Shown one piece after another: positions 41,740 through 50,363 of a stretch of 50,971 nt of DNA. The translations under genes were made by a program, and so were the position numbers. How positions within the stretch are numbered: position 1 is the first letter of the stretch; every line of letters starts with the position of its first letter. The stretch spans positions 1-50,971 of the forward strand of contig CAYIQY010000001.1 in assembly GCA_964365665.1 (NCBI GenBank), given 5' to 3'. The DNA comes from an uncultured Candidatus Saccharibacteria bacterium (GTDB lineage: Bacteria > Patescibacteriota > Saccharimonadia > Saccharimonadales > Saccharimonadaceae). The notes beneath the pieces were generated by a model. That model searched no databases, was not told where the DNA came from, and saw only the letters and a program-made list of their open reading frames with translations.

Positions 41740-43104
41740 ATGAATGCGCGGCGCGAAATGGAGGAACGCTCATCACGGGAACGTGGATGGCGTCGATGGG
41801 GTGCCGCAGCAGCCTTGGGGCCTCTCGCTTTGTCACTTGTCTTTGCTTCGCCTGCCGATGCCCTTGCCAGTTCTCGTTATCCTTGCGACCCTCAGGGCGC
41901 GGGATTTTCCGAATCTGCCCGACAGACACTTGCCCAGCAGTGTATTGACGACCGTCATGGCACGATTGCGTTAATTGCGAATCCAGATGAAATAGACAGC
42001 TTCCGGCTCGAAGACATAGCTTCGCGTACCGAAAAGCTGTTACGGCGCGCAACCGGGAACCTCATAGCCCCCGATCTGGTTCCTCTGGCCGCGTCACCCG
42101 AGGCAATTGCCCGGTTCCGTCAAATGAATCCTTTTTGCGTCGATACCAGCAGAGTCCAGACTGGCGGGACGGAGATGACCGACCAGCTTATGGGACTTGA
42201 ATATCGGGATGATATTGACCATGTGTATGTCTTGACTAATCTTCCTGCATGCAATGATACCCCTGGGCGTCGGATAGACGGTCTCATATGGGGTGACAAG
42301 GCTATTAGATACGGTGAAGTGCTTTCTGCGAGCGTTTCGAGCAACACCAAAGATCCTGATGGCGTACCGAAAACATTAGCCCATGAAATCGGACATATGC
42401 AGGGCTACGGTCACGCTGGTGCATTGACGGGGCAGGACAAGTTAGTGACACTTAATCATTTCAAAACGTACCCTAATTTATCGAATGATACTGAAATCGA
42501 CCTGGACCAAGTAATCGCCGAATACCCTGCCGACCAATATGGATCGCAGTCCAATATTATGGGCGCGACGTTTTTTGACAACAACGGGGCTGGCTACTCT
42601 CTTAACGGGCTTCAGCGAAAACGCCTCAGATGGGCAGAAACAGTACTGAATCCCAAGAGCGCCGCTAGCGTGAAGGGTGACTTCCTGAATCAGATAAACG
42701 GCTACAGCTATGTGTCTATTCCGAAACCGACCTCCGTAGATTATGGGTTTGCCGTTATGAATCTCGACGAGACCGTCGTTCTCCATGATTCGGACGGTGA
42801 ATTATTGACTGATCCGCAATTTCAATTCAAACGGCTGGTTATTGACCCTGTTTACGACAAGCGCGGGTACCAAACTCATTTTATAGAGGTTTATTTGGCG
42901 ACTGATGATCCTTACGAATCACTGTCAACGATGTCGCTGGGCTTTTTGGACCTGTCAAAGCCAGAAAATTCCAACCGGACGTTGGAATTAAATGGTCAAA
43001 AGATACGAATTCGTGCCATGGCAGGCGGCGGCTTCGTCGCGAATGATGAAGCCGTGAATGTACGAACCGATACTATAGCGGTGCTTCAACAGCAGCCCAG
43101 GTAG
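41740..43104 (+). CDS. secreted metzincin-like zinc metalloprotease
   Basis: Signal-like N-terminus (...AAAALGPLALSLVFASPADALA). HEIGHMQGYGH matches HExxHxxGxxH. A TAAAAT -10 box lies 6 nt before the ATG. Confidence 0.6.
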   Translation: MNARREMEERSSRERGWRRWGAAAALGPLALSLVFASPADALASSRYPCDPQGAGFSESARQTLAQQCIDDRHGTIALIANPDEIDSFRLEDIASRTEKLLRRATGNLIAPDLVPLAASPEAIARFRQMNPFCVDTSRVQTGGTEMTDQLMGLEYRDDIDHVYVLTNLPACNDTPGRRIDGLIWGDKAIRYGEVLSASVSSNTKDPDGVPKTLAHEIGHMQGYGHAGALTGQDKLVTLNHFKTYPNLSNDTEIDLDQVIAEYPADQYGSQSNIMGATFFDNNGAGYSLNGLQRKRLRWAETVLNPKSAASVKGDFLNQINGYSYVSIPKPTSVDYGFAVMNLDETVVLHDSDGELLTDPQFQFKRLVIDPVYDKRGYQTHFIEVYLATDDPYESLSTMSLGFLDLSKPENSNRTLELNGQKIRIRAMAGGGFVANDEAVNVRTDTIAVLQQQPR

Positions 43105-43588
43105 CATCTGGGTTGTCTTCGGGGATGATGATGGTGACTTGGTCGCCTTCTTTGACATGGAAGAATGTAACGCTGGCAAGCAGGATTCGGTACTCTTTAC
43201 CGCCGGCTTCCACGTAGTACGCGCCGTCGTGTTGGACTAATGTTCCGATAACTTGTCGGCGTTCTATTGGACCGATTTGTTTGTAGATGAATGAACCGTC
43301 GTCAGCAATCGTCAATTTCAATACGTCGCCTTCAAGGAGTTTTGATTTGCTGGCGTAGTTAGCAGGAACAGGATAGTTTTTGCCATCAGGTCCGACCATG
43401 ACTTGGCCGTCAAAGACGCCTTCGATGACTTTGCCACTGACATTTTCTTGGCTAGAACGTGGTGTTAACACTGTGCCGTCGTCGCCGATGATGCTAATCA
43501 ATAGCTCTTTTGCTGCGGCCAAATTGGTCTCAGCTTCTTGGATTAATGATGTTAGTCGTTTGACTTGTTTTTCTGGTAAATCAGACAT
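43073..43588 (-). CDS. hypothetical protein
   Basis: 171-aa ORF. Convergent with the protease gene, with a 32-nt 3' overlap. No motif recognised. Confidence 0.55.
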   Translation of the reverse strand: MSDLPEKQVKRLTSLIQEAETNLAAAKELLISIIGDDGTVLTPRSSQENVSGKVIEGVFDGQVMVGPDGKNYPVPANYASKSKLLEGDVLKLTIADDGSFIYKQIGPIERRQVIGTLVQHDGAYYVEAGGKEYRILLASVTFFHVKEGDQVTIIIPEDNPDATWAAVEAPL

Positions 43589-43715
43589 GAGCTCGCATTT
43601 CCTTGTCTGTGTTTGGTGATATTACCTTTATGTATATCAGCCTCGGCGTAAACTGTCAATGGTTTGTCCACAGCCCTAACTGATATGACGATATTTTTGT
43701 TGTAGAAACGACGGT

Positions 43716-43742
43716 ACAAAAACCGCCCTCTTGCAAGGGCGG
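43716..43742 (-). terminator. rho-independent terminator of rplJL
   Basis: CCGCCCT/AGGGCGG stem (43723-43742) followed on the minus strand by T5. Confidence 0.75.
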
Positions 43743-43785
43743 CAATTGAATTGACTTGGATCGAATGATTGATTCAGTGATCTGA

Positions 43786-44163
43786 CTACGCGACTTCGAC
43801 AGCAGCGCCAGCTTCTTCAAGAAGTTTCTTGGCGTTGTCAGCTTCGTCTTTGGTAGCTTTTTCTTTAACGGCCATAGGTGCGCCGTCAACGATTGCTTTT
43901 GCTTCACCAAGACCAAGGCCGGTGATTTCTTTGACTGCTTTGATAACAGCAACTTTCTGAGTACCAGCGTCTTTCAATGTAACGGTGAATTCAGTTTTTG
44001 CGTCTTCTGCAGGGCCAGCTTCAGCGGCAGGACCAGCAGCGACAGCGACAGCTGCAGCAGCTGGCTCGATGCCGTATTCATCTTTTAGTACGGTTTTTAG
44101 TTCGTTTACTTCTAGGACAGTAAGAGCGGTTAGCTCTTTTGCCAGTTTCTTTACATCAGCCAT
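43786..44163 (-). CDS. rplL: 50S ribosomal protein L7/L12
   Basis: 125 aa with an Ala/Pro hinge. C-terminal domain [27 protein letters not shown]. Confidence 0.95.
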   Translation of the reverse strand: MADVKKLAKELTALTVLEVNELKTVLKDEYGIEPAAAAVAVAAGPAAEAGPAEDAKTEFTVTLKDAGTQKVAVIKAVKEITGLGLGEAKAIVDGAPMAVKEKATKDEADNAKKLLEEAGAAVEVA

Positions 44164-44210
44164 AATATGACTCCTTTATGATTCAGTTAGTTTGGTGGGG
44201 TTGCATGAAG

Positions 44211-44735
44211 TTACGCTGTAGCCTTGGCCTCTACTCCGTCCAATAGGGCGTGTAGATTGCCAGACAATGCGTTGGTGACGTCGTGTACTGGTGACAGTAA
44301 TTGTGCGACGACTTGGCCGATGAGCTCGTTCTTGCTTGGCAATGTTGCCAATGCTTTCACGGCTGCAGCGTCTAGTAGTTCGCCTTCCATGCCGAAAGCG
44401 CCGACGAATTGCAAGGCATCATGTGTCTTGGCAAAATCGTTGAGTACTTTCGCAGGAGCGACTTCGTCTTCGCTACTAACTGCGTAGAGCAGTTGTCCGG
44501 TCAGCAGAGCGGTGTCCGTACCTTTGTAGGTAGGGTTTTCGCTCATGGCGACGCGCACAAGGCGGTTTTTGACCACCTTGATAACGACGCCTGATTCACG
44601 GGCGGCACGACGAAGTGTTTGAATGTCAGCAACGGTTAATCCGTTATAGCTGGCAAACACTGTCAGTTTTGACGTAGTCAGCAGGTCTGAAACTTCAGCA
44701 ACCAATTCGTTCTTTTTCGATTTAGTAATCGCCAT
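44211..44735 (-). CDS. rplJ: 50S ribosomal protein L10
   Basis: An AAGGAG SD lies before the ATG at 44735 (the track extends to 44798). MAITKSKKNELVAEV...FASYNGLTVADIQTLRR. Confidence 0.9.
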   Translation of the reverse strand: MAITKSKKNELVAEVSDLLTTSKLTVFASYNGLTVADIQTLRRAARESGVVIKVVKNRLVRVAMSENPTYKGTDTALLTGQLLYAVSSEDEVAPAKVLNDFAKTHDALQFVGAFGMEGELLDAAAVKALATLPSKNELIGQVVAQLLSPVHDVTNALSGNLHALLDGVEAKATA

Positions 44736-44933
44736 AGAAACTCCTTGATTTAGTTGTTTGATTCGATCCAAATTGTCAATGTGCACATTACATTCCATCT
44801 AGATAATGTGAGAAAAGAAAAAGTCCTTGATTCTCGCATTATCAAAGACTTCTTTCGGTTGAAACGGTGGATAGTTTGTTTCACCTCGGTAGCTGATTAA
44901 GTCTTTCGACCGCTACTGTCTTTGGTAATGTCT
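44736..44933 (-). promoter_or_regulatory. ribosomal protein L10 leader-like 5' UTR with attenuator hairpin
   Basis: About 200-nt leader downstream of a strong promoter. Contains a GUC-GAAA-GAC hairpin nested in an AGUAGC/GCUAC helix. An AGUCUUUGAU/AUCAAGGACU hairpin (fwd 44822-44850) is followed by UUUUUCUUUUC. Confidence 0.5.
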
Positions 44934-44939
44934 ATAGAA

Positions 44940-44967
44940 AGTATAGCAAATGGAGGTGAAATGTCAA
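44940..44967 (-). promoter_or_regulatory. sigma70-like promoter of rplJL
   Basis: On the minus strand, TTGACA (fwd 44962-44967), a 16-nt spacer, and TATACT (fwd 44940-44945). Confidence 0.6.
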
Positions 44968-45046
44968 CTCCCGCAATGGCCGCAATCATTTACTAATAAA
45001 TAATTCTGGTCATTGCCCGAGATTATGCGCTCTCGGGCGGCGCTGA

Positions 45047-45193
45047 TTACATGTAGCAGCTTGCTTGCGGTCTTTGGCAGTGGATACCCGAGCCGGCGCG
45101 ACACTTGTCGCAATAGCAAAAGCATTGCGCCCACTTGCCCTCTTTGGCGTCGATCATGTGCGGATGTAGTTGCTCGAAGAGCGCTACGACCAT
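45047..45193 (-). CDS. candidate 48-aa Cys-rich peptide (MVVALFEQLHPHMIDAKEGKWAQCFCYCDKCRAGSGIHCQRPQASCYM)
   Basis: The ATG lies 4 nt after the stop of the upstream 85-aa ORF, with an AAGGG box 9 nt upstream. Six Cys occur in the last 25 residues. The GCCCGAGA/TCTCGGGC hairpin (45014-45037) lies downstream. The region is G+C-rich and has ORFs in several frames, so this call is tentative. Confidence 0.3.
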   Translation of the reverse strand: MVVALFEQLHPHMIDAKEGKWAQCFCYCDKCRAGSGIHCQRPQASCYM

Positions 45194-45197
45194 CGGT

Positions 45198-45455
45198 TCA
45201 ACCCTTTCCCAGGACTGTTTCGATAATGCGTTCCACGCGTGTTGCATTCTGCGGTGTAGTGAATGTCGGCGTGACGGTGACTTTGAGTTCCACTCGCCCG
45301 AGCCCTCCACCACCGAGAATGTTGATCAACTCCTGAAGCTGTTCGGCGCTGATATTGCCGAGGCTCCAACGGTGGAGATCCTGCCTTGAGTGGCCATGAA
45401 TCCCTTCTGGAACAGTCATGCGATCACTACCCAGTTCAACTGCGACTTGCATCAT
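45198..45455 (-). CDS. hypothetical protein (85 aa), G+C-rich
   Basis: A strong TAGGAG SD lies 4-5 nt before the ATGATG. No motif recognised. Confidence 0.5.
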   Translation of the reverse strand: MMQVAVELGSDRMTVPEGIHGHSRQDLHRWSLGNISAEQLQELINILGGGGLGRVELKVTVTPTFTTPQNATRVERIIETVLGKG

Positions 45456-45647
45456 TACTCCTAATTGTTGGTAACGTGGTACTTATGGTTCCCTCGTTCG
45501 CTACGTCTTGTCGGAGTCACCTCACGAAAAGTATGTGTATTTTATAATGATAAACAAATAAAGTCAATTTTGTTGTTCAGTAAATGGGGATGAATGTCAA
45601 TGACGTAGAAGTAAACTTATTGAGAACTAATTAATCGTTTCGTCAGA

Positions 45648-46454
45648 TTAAGGCTTAGGCTGCTTAGTGATGCTAATAAGATATTCCGCGTTTGTATCAG
45701 TCGCAATATCAAATATTTCATTGTTATATTCTGCGCGTACATGCAGGTCTTGGGGGAAGTTACCAGATAGATATTGATCAACAAATGTAACTTGTGGTAG
45801 CTTCGTAAAACCATTTGCATCGATAGCTAATTTAATCGCCCGCTCTACGCGGGTACGATTATTATATTTCCATTGGTTATTATTGTCGCTAAGTTTTTTA
45901 TAGATTGTGAGCATCAGTGCCGCGAATGACACAATAAGTACGTATGCAATGGACTGTACGCAGAGGATGTACCCTTCTTGACTTTTAGTAAATGAAAGAC
46001 CGATAAAAACTAATGCACTTAGGATCACGCCAGTAACAGCAATTCTGACGTGATTATCTGGACCTATTTTTAGTGGTGCCGGGGGCAATTTAAGTTCGTG
46101 TTGCTGCTTAAATAGTTTAAGTAGAGCTTTTTGATCAAAATTAGGTACACCTAATAAGGTGTTAATTTGTACTTGCAAATTGTTGTAGGTAGTCCAGTGT
46201 GACTGTTGCTTTTCTTGTTTTTGTCGTTGACGAGGCAATAAAATTTCTCCGTATGGCTTTGCCAAGTAAGCAACTATTAAGACGTAGCTAACTACTAAGG
46301 TAATGATAGAAATGCCTAAAAAATATTCTTTTGCGAGGAATACTTTGTCGAATGCGAAACTCCACTGATTGAAGAATAGCTGGATTATAGGTAGTAGACT
46401 ACCGACGATAGCACTTATATCTTTGAGAAGCTTAGACAGAGTCAGGTCTTTCAT
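45648..46454 (-). CDS. 4-TM membrane protein with C-terminal soluble domain
   Basis: 268-aa ORF with two pairs of TM helices separated by a Gln/Lys-rich loop. Unknown family. Confidence 0.55.
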   Translation of the reverse strand: MKDLTLSKLLKDISAIVGSLLPIIQLFFNQWSFAFDKVFLAKEYFLGISIITLVVSYVLIVAYLAKPYGEILLPRQRQKQEKQQSHWTTYNNLQVQINTLLGVPNFDQKALLKLFKQQHELKLPPAPLKIGPDNHVRIAVTGVILSALVFIGLSFTKSQEGYILCVQSIAYVLIVSFAALMLTIYKKLSDNNNQWKYNNRTRVERAIKLAIDANGFTKLPQVTFVDQYLSGNFPQDLHVRAEYNNEIFDIATDTNAEYLISITKQPKP

Positions 46455-46540
46455 TTATGATAGCTTATTTCGTTTGTATATAAGAATGCAAGCACAGGCT
46501 TTATTCACCCAGCTACCAATCTGTTATCATCATTGTAAGT

Positions 46541-47143
46541 ATGGTTTTTAGGAAAAGACGCTACCGCACGAAGAAAGCACCACGAAATGATGTGCTTTTG
46601 ATTCTCGCGGTTGTATTACTTGTTTTGGGTTTTACGACAACTTCCCGGTTTGCTAGCCAGACGATCGAGCTTACGATGTTGATATTGCTTGTTATTGGTG
46701 CTGTTCTCGCTGCGATTCTCCTAGCTTTTATTGCTCAAGAAGCTCGACGTAGGAAACAAGCACTCAAAGCAGTAGACATAACTGATATTGATTCAATGAA
46801 AGGCATAGCATTTGAAAATTACATTGCTATCTTATTTGAATCTCAAGGATATAAAGTCACAAAAACACCAGCCAGTGGAGATTTTGGAGTAGATCTCCTT
46901 ATCGTGAAAGCTAAAGTGCGAACTGCAGTACAGATAAAACGATATAAGCACAATGTAGATCTAAAGGCAGTCCAGCAAGTTGTCGCAGGTATGCCACTGA
47001 AGCAATATAATGCCAGCAAATCAATAGTTGTAACAAATAGTATGTTTAAGCCGTCAGCCCGCATAGTGGCTGCCGCACATCAGTGTGAACTTGTTGATAG
47101 AGTGAAGCTTGGAGAGTGGATTATAGACTTTAAAAACAAATAG
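46541..47143 (+). CDS. membrane-anchored restriction endonuclease-like protein (Mrr_cat domain)
   Basis: Two N-terminal TM helices are followed by FENYIAILFESQGYKV...SGDFGVDLLI......VQIKRY (a D...QxK variant of the PD-(D/E)xK core typical of Mrr-like nucleases). Confidence 0.65.
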   Translation: MVFRKRRYRTKKAPRNDVLLILAVVLLVLGFTTTSRFASQTIELTMLILLVIGAVLAAILLAFIAQEARRRKQALKAVDITDIDSMKGIAFENYIAILFESQGYKVTKTPASGDFGVDLLIVKAKVRTAVQIKRYKHNVDLKAVQQVVAGMPLKQYNASKSIVVTNSMFKPSARIVAAAHQCELVDRVKLGEWIIDFKNK

Positions 47144-47149
47144 CTTATC

Positions 47150-47635
47150 TCAGTGCGACAAAATTTGATCAACCACTTGATCCTCGGTCATGCCGTCGGT
47201 GATATATCTTTCGTTAGCTATGCCAAGGCAGTCCTTCTCTACCCACCATCTCCGCATTTCTTCCTCGCCAAACTCGTCTTTGTTTGGCTTTGAATCATGT
47301 CGTCGCAACGTCTCGTCAAATGAAATATCGAAATAATAAATTGTAGCTTGCCCGTCAAAGTCATCAATGAGTTTTTTGAACATGTTTCCGTATTTATCTT
47401 TGCCCAAGATTCCTTCTACGATGACGTCATACCCAAGCTTTTTGCCGCGCATCGCGAGGTCGTAGATTAGCTGAATGCTTGGATTGCCTGGAATATCCTT
47501 CACACGCAACATCTCGCGGCGAACGGTGTCCTGGGAAATGAGCATGGTTTCGTATCCCATTTTCTCTCGCAGCTTTTTAGCTACCGTCGTCTTCCCGCTC
47601 CCAGAATTTCCTCGAAGAATAATTAATCTCGACAT
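47150..47635 (-). CDS. P-loop kinase-like protein (AAA_33/zeta-toxin-like fold)
   Basis: 161 aa with Walker A GNSGSGKTT at the N-terminus. TGaTATGAT lies 6 nt before the ATG. Confidence 0.6.
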   Translation of the reverse strand: MSRLIILRGNSGSGKTTVAKKLREKMGYETMLISQDTVRREMLRVKDIPGNPSIQLIYDLAMRGKKLGYDVIVEGILGKDKYGNMFKKLIDDFDGQATIYYFDISFDETLRRHDSKPNKDEFGEEEMRRWWVEKDCLGIANERYITDGMTEDQVVDQILSH

Positions 47636-47661
47636 GAATTAATCATATCAAGCAATTGCTA

Positions 47662-48252
47662 TCAAGAGTAGCGCTCGGCAAGTGAGGTTCTAGCCAAGTG
47701 TCGCGCAAATGACGGCGTTGTACCATCCTGTATATAGCGTTGTTCAAGTACCCTTCGCTCGGATCTCAGCTGGCGTTTGCTAATTTGCCGCGCACGTTCG
47801 CGATCTTTCCCGTAAACTTCTTCGTCAAAAAGGCTTTTGATAACCCAAGCATTTTCGGGATCTTTGTAAGCATCGAATTGCTGCTGACTGAGATTAGGTA
47901 AAACGTGATTGAGTATACCTGACACTTCGTCGTCGTCCTCGTCCGTATATTTGTCTATAACATTGGTGTTATGGGGAGCCGCCAAGTGTGATCTTTGATC
48001 AATTTGGTAGGCTGGCGGACATCCGGGTACCTGCACATTGACACATTCGGTAATGACAACGATGCCTGAAATTAAAAATCGGCTATCCTTATTGTGGTCT
48101 AGGAAGCCTGCGCGTCGAACGACACCGTGTTCTGCATTGATGTCATCTCCCAACTCTCCGAATTCGTCGAGTACATTCTGGAGACGGCCGATGAGCAACT
48201 CGGTATTATTCGTGGTAGTTTCGGGAAGGTGTGCCGCCTCAGGATTTGTCAT
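47662..48252 (-). CDS. hypothetical protein
   Basis: 196-aa ORF. A TACAAT -10 box lies 6 nt before the ATG. Confidence 0.5.
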   Translation of the reverse strand: MTNPEAAHLPETTTNNTELLIGRLQNVLDEFGELGDDINAEHGVVRRAGFLDHNKDSRFLISGIVVITECVNVQVPGCPPAYQIDQRSHLAAPHNTNVIDKYTDEDDDEVSGILNHVLPNLSQQQFDAYKDPENAWVIKSLFDEEVYGKDRERARQISKRQLRSERRVLEQRYIQDGTTPSFARHLARTSLAERYS

Positions 48253-48547
48253 AGTAGTATTGTAGTGAAAAATCGTATGAAGTCAAAGAAGCCCCGCTTT
48301 ATCAATCTCGAATCGATGATTCCGAACGATTGTCCCGGACAAATTTTTTGATGATCCGTTGACCCAAAACTGAATTGTATCCGCGACCCAAAAATAATTT
48401 TTATCGTTGCCGCCGGAACCGTGGAGTAAAACAGCTTGTTTTATATCTTAATCATATAAAAGAACAGAAGAGCTCCGACCAGCGGCCGGGAGCTTTTCTG
48501 CTCGAACCGTACTGCTGGCGCGGAGCCGTTGGGTGTGTCGCAACCGT

Positions 48548-49048
48548 TCACTCGGTACTAAGAGACACATTTGCGATGCCTGCCTGTGGCCATGGATGGC
48601 AGCCCGCGTAGGCACCGCCCTCGGGGATGCCATTGCCGTAGTTTTCATACCATCCGCCGTACAGAATATAACGTACATGCAGGCGTTCTCCGGTGATCAG
48701 CCTATCGGGGCGGTGAAACATGGGTCGATATGGGCTGGGACCGACAGCGAACTCGATGTTTGCCCTTACCCATTTCGCGGCGTCGCGTGGTTGTTTGGAC
48801 CGTCGTTGCCAGAATGACCAGCCCCGGTACATCTCTTCGGCTTGAGACCAGAGGTGTGCCACGACGTCGCCATCAGAGCGTTCTACATCAAGCAGATACA
48901 GCTCGTCGCCCAGACGCTCCCTGGTTCGATCAGGCGCACCGTGAAATATGATTTCGGCGCCGGACTCGAGCGTCACGGTCAGTGTGTCGCTTTCCTTCGT
49001 CTCCCCTCGTAGTGACCAGATGGGCAAGTTTTCCTCGTGAAGTGCCAT
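48548..49048 (-). CDS. hypothetical protein, G+C-rich
   Basis: 166-aa ORF. Other ORFs overlap it in different frames, as is typical of GC-rich DNA. An AAAGG box lies upstream. Confidence 0.45.
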   Translation of the reverse strand: MALHEENLPIWSLRGETKESDTLTVTLESGAEIIFHGAPDRTRERLGDELYLLDVERSDGDVVAHLWSQAEEMYRGWSFWQRRSKQPRDAAKWVRANIEFAVGPSPYRPMFHRPDRLITGERLHVRYILYGGWYENYGNGIPEGGAYAGCHPWPQAGIANVSLSTE

Positions 49049-49190
49049 TGTCTTCGCCTTTCATCTCTCGGACAACTACGCGAAGTATCTCATCATCTCA
49101 TATAGCAGTCAATAATAAGCAGTATAAATCAAAATATTCAAGTTTATCTTCCGCCATCCTAAACATGATTTAATAACTAATCTTGAGCGA

Positions 49191-49784
49191 TTATGAAATA
49201 TCGCGAGATATCGGGAAGAACTTGAATGCGAACCTGAGATCATGGACGGGTGGGGATTGGTTTCGTCTATGGATATTCTTGTCACGGAATTCAACGACTT
49301 CTCCTGCTGCCGGCTTGTATATCTGTGCATCGCCTCTCGCTATAGCATCATCTACGGCACGTTGGCCAACTTCTCTGAGGAAATGTTTGTTGAAATGACG
49401 CTCTTTTGTGATGTCGTGTTTGAACTTCACATCTCCGTAGACTATTTCCGTAGGATGGCTAGAGGCACCAAAACCAACATTTATTAGTTCAAAAGTGAAT
49501 TTGTTTGGATCAAAGTCGATGTGCCATAAATTCTCGCCCCCGCCCCGATCCAATTTTTCCGGGACGTGTTCAACGTATGAGGTTAGGGTGTTGGTTATGT
49601 ATGTCTGCTCAAAATCAGTACGATCACCAAAGTCTGCACTAAATTCACTAAATTGTTGCACGGCTCGATCATGCGAGCCCTCCCGAGGAATAGGTCCGAC
49701 GCTATCTGCATATGACTGAGCAGCATCTGCATCAAACGTAAATGCGACGATAGGTTCACGAGCGCGATGGATATATTCTTTCAT
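49191..49784 (-). CDS. hypothetical protein (possible Fe(II)/2OG-dioxygenase-like HxD...H)
   Basis: 197 aa. WHIDFD and a later NIHRR are reminiscent of a facial triad, but the support is weak. TGaTATTAT lies 7 nt before the ATG. Confidence 0.4.
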   Translation of the reverse strand: MKEYIHRAREPIVAFTFDADAAQSYADSVGPIPREGSHDRAVQQFSEFSADFGDRTDFEQTYITNTLTSYVEHVPEKLDRGGGENLWHIDFDPNKFTFELINVGFGASSHPTEIVYGDVKFKHDITKERHFNKHFLREVGQRAVDDAIARGDAQIYKPAAGEVVEFRDKNIHRRNQSPPVHDLRFAFKFFPISRDIS

Positions 49785-49932
49785 TTATTTAATAATATCA
49801 TTTTTATCACTGTTTGTAAAGCTTATGATTGCGCTGTTCCCTGATCACAGCAACCTAAATTAATTGACATTACAAATAAATGGTGCTGTAATAAGAGAGT
49901 TCATGTAGTATCACTACACAGAAGGCAGATAA

Positions 49933-50337
49933 ATGATCAAACTCACTCAAGAACTGCTCGACACCTATGTCGGCGGGCAACTGATCGTTCGCAACGTCTA
50001 CAAGTTCACGGTGCATGTTGGCGAAGTCAGCGGAATCACGCTGGACGAGTCGGACAGCGCCAAACGTGCGACGTTCTCGTTCGACTGGTGGACGCAGCTA
50101 GTGCGCGGCCGCTATGTGACATTCTCGTTGCCTTATGGCATCGACCTAGGTATCACCAGATACTGCATCGCCGGCAATCGCATCGAGCTAGTCTCGGACC
50201 AGTCGGGCGAATGCATGTCGCTCATACCAGCGCCATCCATAAGCGATCTGGTGGACGTCGCTGGTTTCGTACGGTGCATTCTGAGTGATCATCTTACACC
50301 CTCAGCAGGAAGCGCCGTCGTGGAGCCCCTCACCTGA
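49933..50337 (+). CDS. hypothetical protein, G+C-rich
   Basis: 134-aa ORF with a GAAGG SD upstream. No motif recognised. Confidence 0.5.
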   Translation: MIKLTQELLDTYVGGQLIVRNVYKFTVHVGEVSGITLDESDSAKRATFSFDWWTQLVRGRYVTFSLPYGIDLGITRYCIAGNRIELVSDQSGECMSLIPAPSISDLVDVAGFVRCILSDHLTPSAGSAVVEPLT

Positions 50338-50363
50338 GGGTGTCTCCATTTTTGGTTTAAGAG

